In this document: piece after piece, positions 28,767 to 37,352 of the stretch | Numbering within the stretch: the first letter of the stretch is position 1 | Layout of the letters: the number at the start of each line of letters is the position of its first letter | Source of the DNA: a virus | Reading direction: 5' to 3' (one strand) | DNA length: 64,000 nt | Virus record (IMG/VR): IMGVR_UViG_3300005613_000006 | Location: 108,879 to 172,878 of that record | The notes under the pieces: generated by a model | What the model saw: only the letters and a program-made list of their open reading frames with translations | What the model was told of the DNA's origin: nothing | Database searches by the model: none | Program-made: the position numbers and the translations under genes

Positions 28767-29275
28767 TTGAAAGCCTCGTCCAACAGTAGGTCAACTAGTC
28801 CTTTGATTTCCTTATAGACGGTACTCTGCACCGTCATGTCAAACTTCTTCGTAGCCTTTGTCTTAATCCATTCCCGAAGGTCGTTGCCAAACTCTGCACT
28901 TCGCGCGGCCCAATCACAAACCAGTTCTGCGAGATACACTCTGGGCATCTTGTGTATGCCGCCCTCCCAGTATTCAGGATGGTGCCCATTTGTGTGTATG
29001 TGCTGATAGGTCGCGCCTTCAAACGCTTTGGGATTGTTTTCCTTCACGTCGCCGTGAAGATACTCCCATTCAACTCCATGAAACTTGGAGTTGTCGTGCA
29101 ACTGGCCGTTCGCAATCAGCCGATGCCCCAGTTTGAGTTCGCCTTTCTCTATCAGACGTTCACCTAGAACCTGACAGTTCTTCCTTACGTTGTCAATGTG
29201 TCTCAACAAAACCTTGCGCCGTTTCGCATACGACTCTGGTTCGTTCATTGGAATCCCTTCTACATAGGGTATCAA
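28763..29275 (-). CDS. HD-like (DUF5662-type) protein
   Basis: H, HDNSK, H...N.HHPEYW, E.VCDW. Confidence 0.7.
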   Translation of the reverse strand: MIPYVEGIPMNEPESYAKRRKVLLRHIDNVRKNCQVLGERLIEKGELKLGHRLIANGQLHDNSKFHGVEWEYLHGDVKENNPKAFEGATYQHIHTNGHHPEYWEGGIHKMPRVYLAELVCDWAARSAEFGNDLREWIKTKATKKFDMTVQSTVYKEIKGLVDLLLDEAFK

Positions 29276-29283
29276 ATCTCAAG

Positions 29284-29353
29284 AGCCCACGCCGAGAATC
29301 GAACTCGGAACCGTTCTTTACGGGAGAACAGTAAGTCCCAACTTTACGCGGGC
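29284..29353 (-). tRNA. tRNA-Thr(CGT)
   Basis: loop CCCGTAA (C33). Confidence 0.75.
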
Positions 29354-29390
29354 AAGTGGGCCTGGAGGCGCTCGCATCCTCCTCCATGAG

Positions 29391-29463
29391 TGGAAGCCCT
29401 CGGAATCGAACCGAATCCTGTGGCTTTTCAGACCACCGTACAGACCACTTATACAAGACCTCC
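29391..29463 (-). tRNA. tRNA-Phe(GAA)
   Basis: loop CTGAAAA. Confidence 0.85.
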
Positions 29464-29468
29464 AAAGG

Positions 29469-29554
29469 CGGAAGTGGGGGGAATCGAACCCTAACCGACC
29501 GTTTTACCGGCGACTGTTTTCAGGACAGTTTAGCACCCAACTGCACTCACTTCC
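29469..29554 (-). tRNA. tRNA-Ser(TGA)
   Basis: long variable arm, loop CCTGAAA. Confidence 0.8.
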
Positions 29555-29930
29555 GTAGTTTGTGTGATTCAAATTTATTGAGTCGCACTTCGTTTTTGGT
29601 TGTTATCTCTGCCCGAGGGATAGAGTAACAATCTCCGTTGTCACAAAGAACAAACAGTAGGTCGCATCCATGACCAAAGGTGGTGATTTTGTTCTCTGTC
29701 TTGTTTGGTCTCACAGTCTTAACCTGAACAACATAGTGTTCATTGCGTTTATACTTGGTCGTTTTCACCTGGACGCGGAGAAACTCTTCATCCTTTTCAA
29801 CTACCAAATCGTATTCCTGATTGTCAATCAGCGGGACCAGGACTGTGAAGCCCAATCTTTGGTACTGAAAGATGGCCGCAGCCATGCCAACAGCGCCTTG
29901 TTCAACCGTGGTTTTTATGTGTTCAAACAT
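29547..29930 (-). CDS. PD-(D/E)XK homing endonuclease
   Basis: G.VG, PL.D.Q.YDLVV, RVQVKT; stop inside tRNA-Ser; promoter motif at 29951. Confidence 0.85.
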   Translation of the reverse strand: MFEHIKTTVEQGAVGMAAAIFQYQRLGFTVLVPLIDNQEYDLVVEKDEEFLRVQVKTTKYKRNEHYVVQVKTVRPNKTENKITTFGHGCDLLFVLCDNGDCYSIPRAEITTKNEVRLNKFESHKLRK

Positions 29931-29991
29931 AGCAGTTTCCTTTTTACTATATTATACACCAAAAGGCGGTTTAGACTACCGTTTTCACCCT

Positions 29992-30231
29992 TCAAACCCA
30001 CTCACTACCATCATCGCTCTTTTTGCGTTTTGGCTTTGGCTTTGGCTTACACAAACACTTTGGCAACTTTACATCAATGTCAATCTCCATATTCATTTCC
30101 AGAGATTGGGTTTGTGTGTTATATCGAAGGTTGTCATCCTTCTTTGCCATTTCTTCCAGCGTCTTAGCGCTAAAGGAATCACCAGTGCATGTCAAGACAC
30201 CGGCTTTCAAAATCACAGTCCACACGTTCAT
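29992..30231 (-). CDS. hypothetical protein
   Basis: 79-aa ORF with RBS. Confidence 0.5.
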   Translation of the reverse strand: MNVWTVILKAGVLTCTGDSFSAKTLEEMAKKDDNLRYNTQTQSLEMNMEIDIDVKLPKCLCKPKPKPKRKKSDDGSEWV

Positions 30232-30251
30232 GCGTTATCCTTTCTATTGAG

Positions 30252-30336
30252 CGGAAGATGGGGGAATCGAACCCGACCGACCGTTTTACCGGCAACTGTT
30301 TTCGAGACAGCTTAGCACCCAACTGCATTATCTTCC
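30252..30336 (-). tRNA. tRNA-Ser(CGA)
   Basis: long variable arm, loop CTCGAAA; paralog of 29469-29554. Confidence 0.85.
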
Positions 30337-30404
30337 ACAGAACCGTTTTTGATATGGATGAACGGCAACACCCTATGCGCAGCGTCTAACTTCTGCGTCT
30401 GTAC

Positions 30405-30704
30405 TTATAGTCCAAATTGGAAATTCCATCCATTGCGGCCTCGGTATTGAAAATACCAGTTGTACCTACCGTAGTACGGATTGTAGTAATACTGGTATCT
30501 GTAGTCGTATGGTTGATACGGCATCCGGTAGTAGTACGTTGGCGGCACCACGATTGGCGGATACATATATGGCTGCGGTTGCACATGAGCGTGTGGGTTT
30601 GGACAAGGCGGTGCCTTGTGACCATGCCCAGGTTGTTGGGCAAGCGCCATCCCACTAAGGCAGACTACTAGTATCATCGCAGCTATCGCTGTAAGCAATC
30701 TCAT
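30405..30704 (-). CDS. secreted Tyr/Pro-rich small protein
   Basis: signal peptide, Y-rich body, C-terminal WNFQFGL. Confidence 0.7.
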   Translation of the reverse strand: MRLLTAIAAMILVVCLSGMALAQQPGHGHKAPPCPNPHAHVQPQPYMYPPIVVPPTYYYRMPYQPYDYRYQYYYNPYYGRYNWYFQYRGRNGWNFQFGL

Positions 30705-31156
30705 TCGTTCTTCCTCTTATACAGACCATTGTGCCACTTGACAAACTCACTCTTCGTCATGTAGCCGCTAGTTTGCCCCTTGATTGTTTGTTGTACCTTT
30801 TCGTCCCACTGTGTCACGTAGATGGTAGGAACGTCTCCATCCCAAAGTTTGGCCTTCTTGTATGAATCGGCCACGGGCCTCTCTTTATCTATGTCCACAT
30901 AGTAGACGATGTATCTTTCTCTCAGCTTCGGAAGTAGTGGAGCAATCTCTTTCTTGAGTTGCTTACACGGTGTACACCAGTCAGCAGTCAACAGAATCAG
31001 CATCGGCTTCTTCTGTTCGTAGGCCGTCGCCCACGCCTTGCCGTAACTCTCTTGTTCATTCACCTTATCCGCGCTAAGCGCTATCATAATGCCCGCAAAT
31101 AAAACGAGAGCTAACCAAGTTGTAAGGCCGACCCAAAAGTTAACTCTGTTTCTCAT
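30701..31156 (-). CDS. membrane-anchored thioredoxin-family protein
   Basis: TADWCTPC, VPT. Confidence 0.85.
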   Translation of the reverse strand: MRNRVNFWVGLTTWLALVLFAGIMIALSADKVNEQESYGKAWATAYEQKKPMLILLTADWCTPCKQLKKEIAPLLPKLRERYIVYYVDIDKERPVADSYKKAKLWDGDVPTIYVTQWDEKVQQTIKGQTSGYMTKSEFVKWHNGLYKRKNE

Positions 31157-31171
31157 GTTTCCCCTTTTGAA

Positions 31172-31317
31172 AAACGATGGCGACAAGGGGTAAAAGGACT
31201 AGTTTTACGCGCTCTGCCAGTTAAGCTACCCCCTGTCGAAGTCAGGGGAGTGGGACTCGGACCCACATCTTCGGGTTATCAAGACCATGTAATCCTAAAC
31301 GTCATTCGCCGTCGTTT
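31172..31317 (-). ncRNA. Y RNA (YrlA) copy 3 with a complete permuted tRNA-like module
   Basis: AAACGACGGCGAATG/CTTGTCGCCATCGTTT stem, GGATTACATG, then T-arm, loop-closed acceptor stem and D-arm TAGCTTAACTGGCAGAGC. Confidence 0.85.
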
Positions 31318-31658
31318 GGTTCGTATCGGTAATCGGGGTCGTCACTTGGATAGCGTAGTTCTATCACCCTGCGACCCTCACGAAGTTTTTTCAGCAACGT
31401 CGCAATAGTTGCCTGGGCCACTGGTCCAAGTCCTACTTCTGCTTCCTCTGCCAAATCATCCAACAGTCTCGTATCAATCGCAACGTGCAACTCTTCAAAC
31501 TCGGGACCAGTCCCGTCGTCTGGAAGGTCCACAATATCCCATTCCAGGTTGTTGTGGTCTACCATGCTCTTGACTTGATTCCTTCCTTCAAGCACCGCAT
31601 GGTGCCGACTATGCACCATGAACGATGTAGCGAAAGGAAACAGTCTGATACGATACAT
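31302..31658 (-). CDS. hypothetical protein
   Basis: 118 aa, RBS GGAGG; stop overlaps the Y RNA 5' end. Confidence 0.65.
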   Translation of the reverse strand: MYRIRLFPFATSFMVHSRHHAVLEGRNQVKSMVDHNNLEWDIVDLPDDGTGPEFEELHVAIDTRLLDDLAEEAEVGLGPVAQATIATLLKKLREGRRVIELRYPSDDPDYRYEPNDGE

Positions 31659-31673
31659 GTTCTTACCTCCAAG

Positions 31674-31747
31674 GGGTGACCGAGGGGATTTGAACCCCGC
31701 TCTTGCTGATTCACAGTCAGCCGTGCAACCGTTACACTACGGCCACC
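31674..31747 (-). tRNA. tRNA-His(GTG)
   Basis: loop CTGTGAA, encoded G-1. Confidence 0.9.
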
Positions 31748-31751
31748 ATAT

Positions 31752-32525
31752 TTAACACTTAGCGTTTACCCATCGTTCACCTGGCCAATCCCCAATATCT
31801 ATGCCGTCTGCCTCTGGATTCATCCACAAACTAAACACACTCAAGTTCGACGCCGCGCGAATTATCATACGACACTTGCTCAATGCGTAAGCATCAGCCA
31901 AACACTCTACTCCATGTCGATGTTTGTCGAGGCGGTCGTCGTAGTGTAGACCTATTGGCGACGAAAGACCTTCATTATTTCGCTGTACATTTAACGCCTG
32001 CACTTTTGACCCATATATCTGTTGTAATTGACTTAGAGCCTCCAGGCTGTCAGACGCCACAAATATGTTGTCATAGTTATCTATGACTTTATCAATCTCA
32101 GCGATATATCTCTTCATGTGCGGGTTGAAGGCTATCTTGTCAGTAAATCTTATGTGTACACCCAATGTGTTGTTTAGATTCAACTGTCTTAGACAAGTCT
32201 GAATGTAGTCATTAACTTTGGGTTGCAAAGTCACGTTTTCTTTGTAAAGAGTCCTCATTACTTTGCGGTTGACTTCTTGCATCCCATCCCAACCATAAAA
32301 TCGTGGACGCCCAGGATTAACATGCTCAAAATCTATCCCAGTATAGATTGGTTTGAAGAACTGCTCCCAGCCATTTGGGGTGTGCTTATCCCAGTATTGA
32401 AACCCACCACGCCAAAAAGGAACTGGCATCAAGTTTTCACGTCTTGCACACTGAATTCCGTTTAATACAGAGTGCAGTTCTGAAAAAAAGCCTGATTGAC
32501 GATTGGTGATAAACACTGGTTGCAT
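31752..32525 (-). CDS. NodZ/alpha-1,6-fucosyltransferase-like protein
   Basis: SGFFS, LGVHIR.TDK, IFVASD, SNLS. Confidence 0.8.
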   Translation of the reverse strand: MQPVFITNRQSGFFSELHSVLNGIQCARRENLMPVPFWRGGFQYWDKHTPNGWEQFFKPIYTGIDFEHVNPGRPRFYGWDGMQEVNRKVMRTLYKENVTLQPKVNDYIQTCLRQLNLNNTLGVHIRFTDKIAFNPHMKRYIAEIDKVIDNYDNIFVASDSLEALSQLQQIYGSKVQALNVQRNNEGLSSPIGLHYDDRLDKHRHGVECLADAYALSKCRMIIRAASNLSVFSLWMNPEADGIDIGDWPGERWVNAKC

Positions 32526-32541
32526 GGCTTCCCCCCACAAG

Positions 32542-32614
32542 CATACGCCCGATGAATCGAACCCCGCCACGGAGATTTGGAGTCTCTGTCGCCTGCCTTG
32601 GAACATTGGCGTAT
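32542..32614 (-). tRNA. tRNA-Trp(CCA), imperfect T-stem
   Basis: loop CTCCAAA. Confidence 0.65.
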
Positions 32615-32682
32615 GTAAAACGTCGTTTGCTTGCATTCGCAGATTTGTTTTTGCCCCAGGTTTTTCGTGGTCTGCTTTCTTA

Positions 32683-33051
32683 CTATTTTCGTTTGTGTTT
32701 TGCGCGGTCGTCGTCCCACACGTTGCCGTCGTGAATTACCAGATGGCAGTTGGCGCACACTACGTCGCACTTATCAATCTCTGTTTGGATGCGCTGAATA
32801 GATGACCTGTTGTTGACTAAGTGACTAATTTTGTCGTCTTTCTTAGAAGCATCCCGATGATGAAACTGCAAACATTGCCAGCGACCTTCGCCGCACTGCG
32901 TACACTTCACATCATCGCGCTGTTTGTAGGACCGCACATATTGTCTGTTGCGTTCCAATCTGGCCTTGTCACGGGCCTTGTACTCAGCTTTGTTGGCATC
33001 ATAATGACGCCGTTGGGCACTCTTCTGCTCATTTTTGTTTTTGAATGGCAT
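32683..33051 (-). CDS. HNH homing endonuclease
   Basis: C..CGE....CLQFHH...EI.KC.V.CANCH; promoter motif at 33070. Confidence 0.9.
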   Translation of the reverse strand: MPFKNKNEQKSAQRRHYDANKAEYKARDKARLERNRQYVRSYKQRDDVKCTQCGEGRWQCLQFHHRDASKKDDKISHLVNNRSSIQRIQTEIDKCDVVCANCHLVIHDGNVWDDDRAKHKRK

Positions 33052-33117
33052 GGCATATTCCTCCAAGAGATTATACACCAAATTCAGGATTGAGCGGCAG
33101 AAAATCGCTCAAACCTA

Positions 33118-33188
33118 CGAGACCGAGGGGATTTGAACCCCCACTAAAGGATAGACAGTCCATCGTGCTACCATTACACTACGGCCCC
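33118..33188 (-). tRNA. tRNA-Asp(GTC)
   Basis: loop CTGTCTA. Confidence 0.85.
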
Positions 33189-33204
33189 AATTTACCAATC
33201 CAAG

Positions 33205-33277
33205 TAGCGAGAGTGGGACTCGAACCCACAGCATCCCAGTGTTTGAAACTAGGTGGTCTGCCGTTGCCTATCTCGCC
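33205..33277 (-). tRNA. tRNA-Leu(CAA), short variable loop
   Basis: loop TTCAAAC. Confidence 0.85.
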
Positions 33278-33309
33278 GTGGGCAGGATTACAAGTCCTGC
33301 CGTGTCTGC

Positions 33310-33549
33310 TTATACAGGAGGTTCTTCCTCAATAGCAATCTGCACCAAGTCAGCTTCAACTTGCGTCAACTCTGCCTCCGCTTTCAACTGCTCTCTAGCC
33401 TTCTGGCTTTCAAGGTTGCGAATATGAGCCTCAAGTTGGGCTTTGCGAGTTGTTAGTTGTTCAGCGCTAACATAGCGAATATCGCCATCGTCAGCCGTAA
33501 CCTTCCACTTGCCGTGTTCTGGTCGTTCATCAACCCAAACGTCTGCCAT
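33310..33549 (-). CDS. hypothetical coiled-coil protein
   Basis: 79-aa ORF with RBS. Confidence 0.6.
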   Translation of the reverse strand: MADVWVDERPEHGKWKVTADDGDIRYVSAEQLTTRKAQLEAHIRNLESQKAREQLKAEAELTQVEADLVQIAIEEEPPV

Positions 33550-33595
33550 AGTAATCTCTCTCTCTGTTACGAATTTGGAAATTGCAATTCACCAG

Positions 33596-33668
33596 TAGCG
33601 TCGGTGAGACTCGAACTCACAGCATTCCTGGGTTTAAGCCTGGATGGTCTGCCATTGCCTACGACGCC
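33596..33668 (-). tRNA. tRNA-Leu(TAA), short variable loop
   Basis: loop CTTAAAC. Confidence 0.8.
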
Positions 33669-33674
33669 GCAAAG

Positions 33675-33749
33675 TAGTGAGGATGGGACTCGAACCCACA
33701 CTGTCTAGTTCCTAAGACTAGTGCCTCCTGCCAATTGGGCTACCTCACC
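33675..33749 (-). tRNA. tRNA-Leu(TAG), short variable loop
   Basis: loop CTTAGGA. Confidence 0.85.
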
Positions 33750-33811
33750 GTGCGACCAGCGCGCGCAGTACCATACCGTGGCGGGAATCGAACCCGCTTT
33801 TACTGGTCAAG

Positions 33812-33885
33812 TCGGGGAGGTCAGATTTGAACTGACGATTTCCTGCTCCCAAAGCAGGCGGGATACCAGACTTCCCCACACCCCG
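33812..33885 (-). tRNA. tRNA-Pro(TGG)
   Basis: loop TTTGGGA. Confidence 0.9.
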
Positions 33886-33886
33886 A

Positions 33887-34354
33887 TTATACACCGCATT
33901 GAGGATAATGCAACTCAGCATGACAATTCTTGCATACTAAATCACACTTATCCAACTCCCTTAGTATTGTTTCAAACTTTCTATGTCTCAGCAATTTCCA
34001 GTCAGGGTCTTTCTTTTGCGGGTCACGATGATGAAAGTCCAACGCCGCGATATTCTTGTTGTAGCCGCAATGAATACACTCGCCCCCTTTGTATTCGATA
34101 GCCTTTTGCTTATAGCTAATGTATCTATCAACCTGTCTGCGAGACCGGCATTTCTTACAAGAAGTAAATCTACCCGCACTAAACTTGGATTTTCTGGTTT
34201 CTCCACAGTGTCGGCATTGATACTTCTTGCGTGTTGTTAACTCAAACTTATTGAGCCAATACCTAATAGTCGTTTGTGAAACGCCGAGAGTTTGTGCAAT
34301 TTGTCTCTGTGTTAAACCCTCTTCTACTAGTTGAGCCAACGTATCTTTGTGCAT
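33887..34354 (-). CDS. HTH-HNH homing endonuclease
   Basis: N-terminal HTH, GG.C..CGY...AALDFHH...KC.L.C.NCH; GGTGTATAAT at both ends. Confidence 0.9.
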   Translation of the reverse strand: MHKDTLAQLVEEGLTQRQIAQTLGVSQTTIRYWLNKFELTTRKKYQCRHCGETRKSKFSAGRFTSCKKCRSRRQVDRYISYKQKAIEYKGGECIHCGYNKNIAALDFHHRDPQKKDPDWKLLRHRKFETILRELDKCDLVCKNCHAELHYPQCGV

Positions 34355-34486
34355 AACATAGCTCCTTTCTACTATATTATACACCATATTTCATTTGGAA
34401 ATCAAGTAAATTTTCCAAAATGAGCTAAAACGCCACTGTTTGCGGCAAGTGGCCAGCCGTCCTTGTCGATGCCTCCTGCACAGAGG

Positions 34487-35095
34487 CTACTGCTTACGCA
34501 GTATGTGGCTTACGCCAATGTCTTTATCGGACCACCAGACTACCTCGGTCCCTTCGGCAACAAACACCCACCATTCCCTTGGCTTGTCCCACTTCTTAAT
34601 CTTCCATCCATAGATGGGACGGCGAACCGTGTAATACTCCGTGGTAGTCTTTCGTTTATTCCCACTGCCCTTTCGGACCTTACGTTCTTTTACAACGACC
34701 TTCCAACCAGTAATCGTATAGACTTTCTGATAGGTTTGGACTCGTTTCTCACGATGGCCTAGTGACCGGACTCGATGTGGGATATTGTGTTCTTCTAGGT
34801 AGTCTTCCAAAAGCTGTTCGTCTTCGCGAAACCTCCAACTCCATCGTGGCCAAGGGCGAACCGGAAACACCATTCGGTGTTTCTTGCCTCGACCGCCGCA
34901 GCGGTATTGTTTTGCTCGTTTCACCTTCCAGGTCTTCTGGTGACAGCATGGGTAGTCGTCCCAAGGGTCAGGAAGCATCGCTGGGCGGCGTCTGCCGCGA
35001 ACGTAGGGAAGATGCTCGGGGTCGCTGTTTGCCCGGCGTTCGGGCGTGGTCTTAACCCCTCTGTACCACTTCTGAAACTTCGTTTTGTCGCGCAT
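34487..35095 (-). CDS. basic Arg/Trp-rich phage protein
   Basis: TT.ERR, R.RRR...LP.PWDD, WK..R.KQY. Confidence 0.7.
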   Translation of the reverse strand: MRDKTKFQKWYRGVKTTPERRANSDPEHLPYVRGRRRPAMLPDPWDDYPCCHQKTWKVKRAKQYRCGGRGKKHRMVFPVRPWPRWSWRFREDEQLLEDYLEEHNIPHRVRSLGHREKRVQTYQKVYTITGWKVVVKERKVRKGSGNKRKTTTEYYTVRRPIYGWKIKKWDKPREWWVFVAEGTEVVWWSDKDIGVSHILRKQ

Positions 35096-35185
35096 GTTTC
35101 CTCCACAAGTAAGGTTTTGTTAGAACATACTAACGCCTGTTACTTGTGGAAATAATGGATTGACTGGTCATGCTTTCGCTCCAGA

Positions 35186-35545
35186 CTATGGTGGTAGTAC
35201 CAACTTCTTCGACGGCTTGACGATTTGTTTCTCGCCCCAGCACCGTTCTTTGTACCCCTTCGCTAGTCCCTCTTTGGCCGTTGCCACGTACAGCACCTTG
35301 TCAGCGCCGATAGTCACTTGGTCTTCCTCGGTCAGTGCGATGAAGTCTATCAGGCCGCATTCCCCAGATTGTGGATTCACGAATACAATCTGTGGTTTGA
35401 TAAGCGTGATAGAGTCGTCAGCATCCGAGGGGTCAACTTTGGCAATGACCTCTTCGCCGCTCACCAGCTTGACAATCGCTATAAATGGTTCCGCCACGAT
35501 TACATCCTCTCTGCTGTCTTTCCTCATTGATTTTGTTTCGACCAA
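35186..35545 (-). CDS. conserved phage protein, possible Sm-like fold
   Basis: IVKLVSGEEVIAKV...L.KP. Confidence 0.6.
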   Translation of the reverse strand: MVETKSMRKDSREDVIVAEPFIAIVKLVSGEEVIAKVDPSDADDSITLIKPQIVFVNPQSGECGLIDFIALTEEDQVTIGADKVLYVATAKEGLAKGYKERCWGEKQIVKPSKKLVLPP

Positions 35546-36129
35546 TATCCGCGCGGTGGCTTGTTTATACCATACGTCTTACACCACTTTTCAATCGCCT
35601 TATCACTCACACCCAAGTTTTTAGCTAGTTGAGATGTGGGTCTTTGCCACACTAATTTTTCCAGTTCTTGTTTAGTTGGTCTATCAACTTTTCTGGTGTT
35701 TGGTCTTGGTTTAGAAGAAATCCTTTTGCCAAGTTCTTGTGGAGTCTTTTTGGTTGCGTAGTCAGTAAAATTTAGAAAATCTTCATACCACCAAAAGGAA
35801 CATGCGTTATCAGGAATTGTTGTTTGTAGTGTTATTCCGCCCAGAAGTATTGACGGATATGCTACTTTGTCTACTGTTGGTAAATATACAGCATAATAAT
35901 CAAAATCATTACTATTGTATGTATATTTGCCTTTGCGGGTCATAGAATAATTTCTCACAATGCCATTGCTAGCGTATTTTACCTGTAATCTCCACACTGT
36001 TTCTTGTAAGCATAATAAGTCTGCCTTGGGGTGGTCGTTAATTGGCAAGTATACTTCATAATGTTTGCCAATCAAGTCAGCAATCACTTTTGCTAATGCA
36101 ATGTCGCCCTTGGTATTTGTGTCGTTCAT
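35524..36129 (-). CDS. PD-(D/E)XK homing endonuclease with a C-terminal HTH
   Basis: KGDIA, P..DH...DL, LQVKY, LGVSD.AI.KWC; AT-rich; promoter motif at 36152. Confidence 0.85.
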   Translation of the reverse strand: MNDTNTKGDIALAKVIADLIGKHYEVYLPINDHPKADLLCLQETVWRLQVKYASNGIVRNYSMTRKGKYTYNSNDFDYYAVYLPTVDKVAYPSILLGGITLQTTIPDNACSFWWYEDFLNFTDYATKKTPQELGKRISSKPRPNTRKVDRPTKQELEKLVWQRPTSQLAKNLGVSDKAIEKWCKTYGINKPPRGYWSKQNQ

Positions 36130-36175
36130 TTGAACCTACCTTTCTGTATACATTATACACCAAAGTAAGTTCGAG

Positions 36176-36247
36176 AGCGCCTAGAGGAAATCGAATCCTT
36201 CTCTTCAACCATGGCAAGGTTGCGTGCGACCATCACACTGTAGGCGC
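36176..36247 (-). tRNA. tRNA-Gly(GCC)
   Basis: loop TTGCCAT. Confidence 0.85.
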
Positions 36248-36417
36248 TTATAGTCCAAGGAATGATAGCAGTCCAAAGATTTTCAACAATACTATCAGGC
36301 TAAATAATGCACCTAAGCCAGAAGTAATCGTCCGTATCAATTCCATAAAATGATTGTGCTTATCTAACCATAGTTCTGTTCGGCTTCGTCTTCGTTGCAT
36401 GATAGACTACTCCGAAG

Positions 36418-36508
36418 CGGAAGAGGGGGGAATCGAACCCAAACCGTCCCGATTTTACGGGAACTGCATTAGCGGTGCAGCAGGGCTACCAACAGCCGTG
36501 ACTCTTCC
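36418..36508 (-). tRNA. tRNA-Ser(GCT)
   Basis: long variable arm, loop CCGCTAA. Confidence 0.8.
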
Positions 36509-36530
36509 GAATCAAATGTATGAAGTTTAG

Positions 36531-36602
36531 TGGGCGAACAGGGAATCGAACCCCGGTTTGTTGGGTGTAAACCAACTGCACTGGCCATTGTACTACACGC
36601 CC
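36531..36602 (-). tRNA. tRNA-Val(TAC)
   Basis: loop TTTACAC. Confidence 0.9.
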
Positions 36603-36603
36603 G

Positions 36604-36708
36604 TGGTGAGACCCGACCGGGAGTTGAACCCGGCTCTAGCCACCATGTTGTAATAGACGGACTCGAACCGCCTGCTAGGGGGAGCTACCCCATCTCCAAG
36701 CAAGTCTC
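36604..36708 (-). ncRNA. tRNA-like RNA with two T-arms and no anticodon
   Basis: acceptor GAGACTT/GGGTCTC-A-CCA; a second GGTTCGAGTCC hairpin in place of the anticodon loop. Confidence 0.65.
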
Positions 36709-36711
36709 AAG

Positions 36712-36811
36712 TGGGGAGCGGGGGAATCGAACCGCCACGGCGTCCTCCATGTTTGTATTATGCCAACAAGGGTACTATGGCGCGCTTGCCTTGTCACATG
36801 GAACACACCCC
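36712..36811 (-). ncRNA. tRNA-like RNA, D-armless core with a 17-nt loop in the anticodon position
   Basis: same layout as the neighbouring tRNA-Tyr; GACAAGG/CCTTGTT stem. Confidence 0.6.
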
Positions 36812-36820
36812 ATTCTCAAG

Positions 36821-36909
36821 TGGGAGATAAGGGAATTGAACCCCCTGGCCGACCACCTAGCATCTTATAAGGCCATCTGATTTACAGTCAGACGCTAGGA
36901 ATACCTCCC
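36821..36909 (-). tRNA. tRNA-Tyr(GTA) lacking a D-arm
   Basis: loop CTGTAAA; CCTAGC at the D position is complementary to GCTAGG in the enlarged variable arm. Confidence 0.75.
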
Positions 36910-37295
36910 GTTTTATATTGTTGATACTTCTTGCCTAGATTGATGCGATTTACACATTTTACAATACTTGTCGGTATTGAATATGAATCACCATTATCAC
37001 ATAAAACAAAAAGTAGGTCAACTTGTTTTGGGTTGAACTTCTTGACTACTCCACCCCAACTTTGATTGCCTCCGCAGACCCTCAAGCCCGCTGAGTATAC
37101 TCCGTATGGAGTTTGTGATGCCGTAGACTTGACTTGCACCTTGTTAAGTTTCTTACCGTCGTCAACAATCAAGTCATAGTCTTGGCTATCAGTGAGAGGA
37201 ATACACACTGTATAACCTTGTTGGGTGTAGTATGCAATCGCAGCACCTAACCCAACGTCACCTTGCTGCTTACTGTTTTTGGTATTCTCAAACAT
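36888..37295 (-). CDS. PD-(D/E)XK homing endonuclease
   Basis: QGDVG, PLTDSQDYDLIV, KVQVKS; stop inside tRNA-Tyr; promoter motif at 37315. Confidence 0.85.
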   Translation of the reverse strand: MFENTKNSKQQGDVGLGAAIAYYTQQGYTVCIPLTDSQDYDLIVDDGKKLNKVQVKSTASQTPYGVYSAGLRVCGGNQSWGGVVKKFNPKQVDLLFVLCDNGDSYSIPTSIVKCVNRINLGKKYQQYKTGGIPSV

Positions 37296-37352
37296 AGTAG
37301 TTTCCTCCTACTATATTATACACCAAACAGCGGAGTAATACACTCTTCTAGG

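Noticed and set aside
33205-33277. Selenocysteine or opal tRNA (TCA)
   Set aside because: Loop TTCAAAC gives CAA at positions 34-36, and there is no Sec-type long arm.
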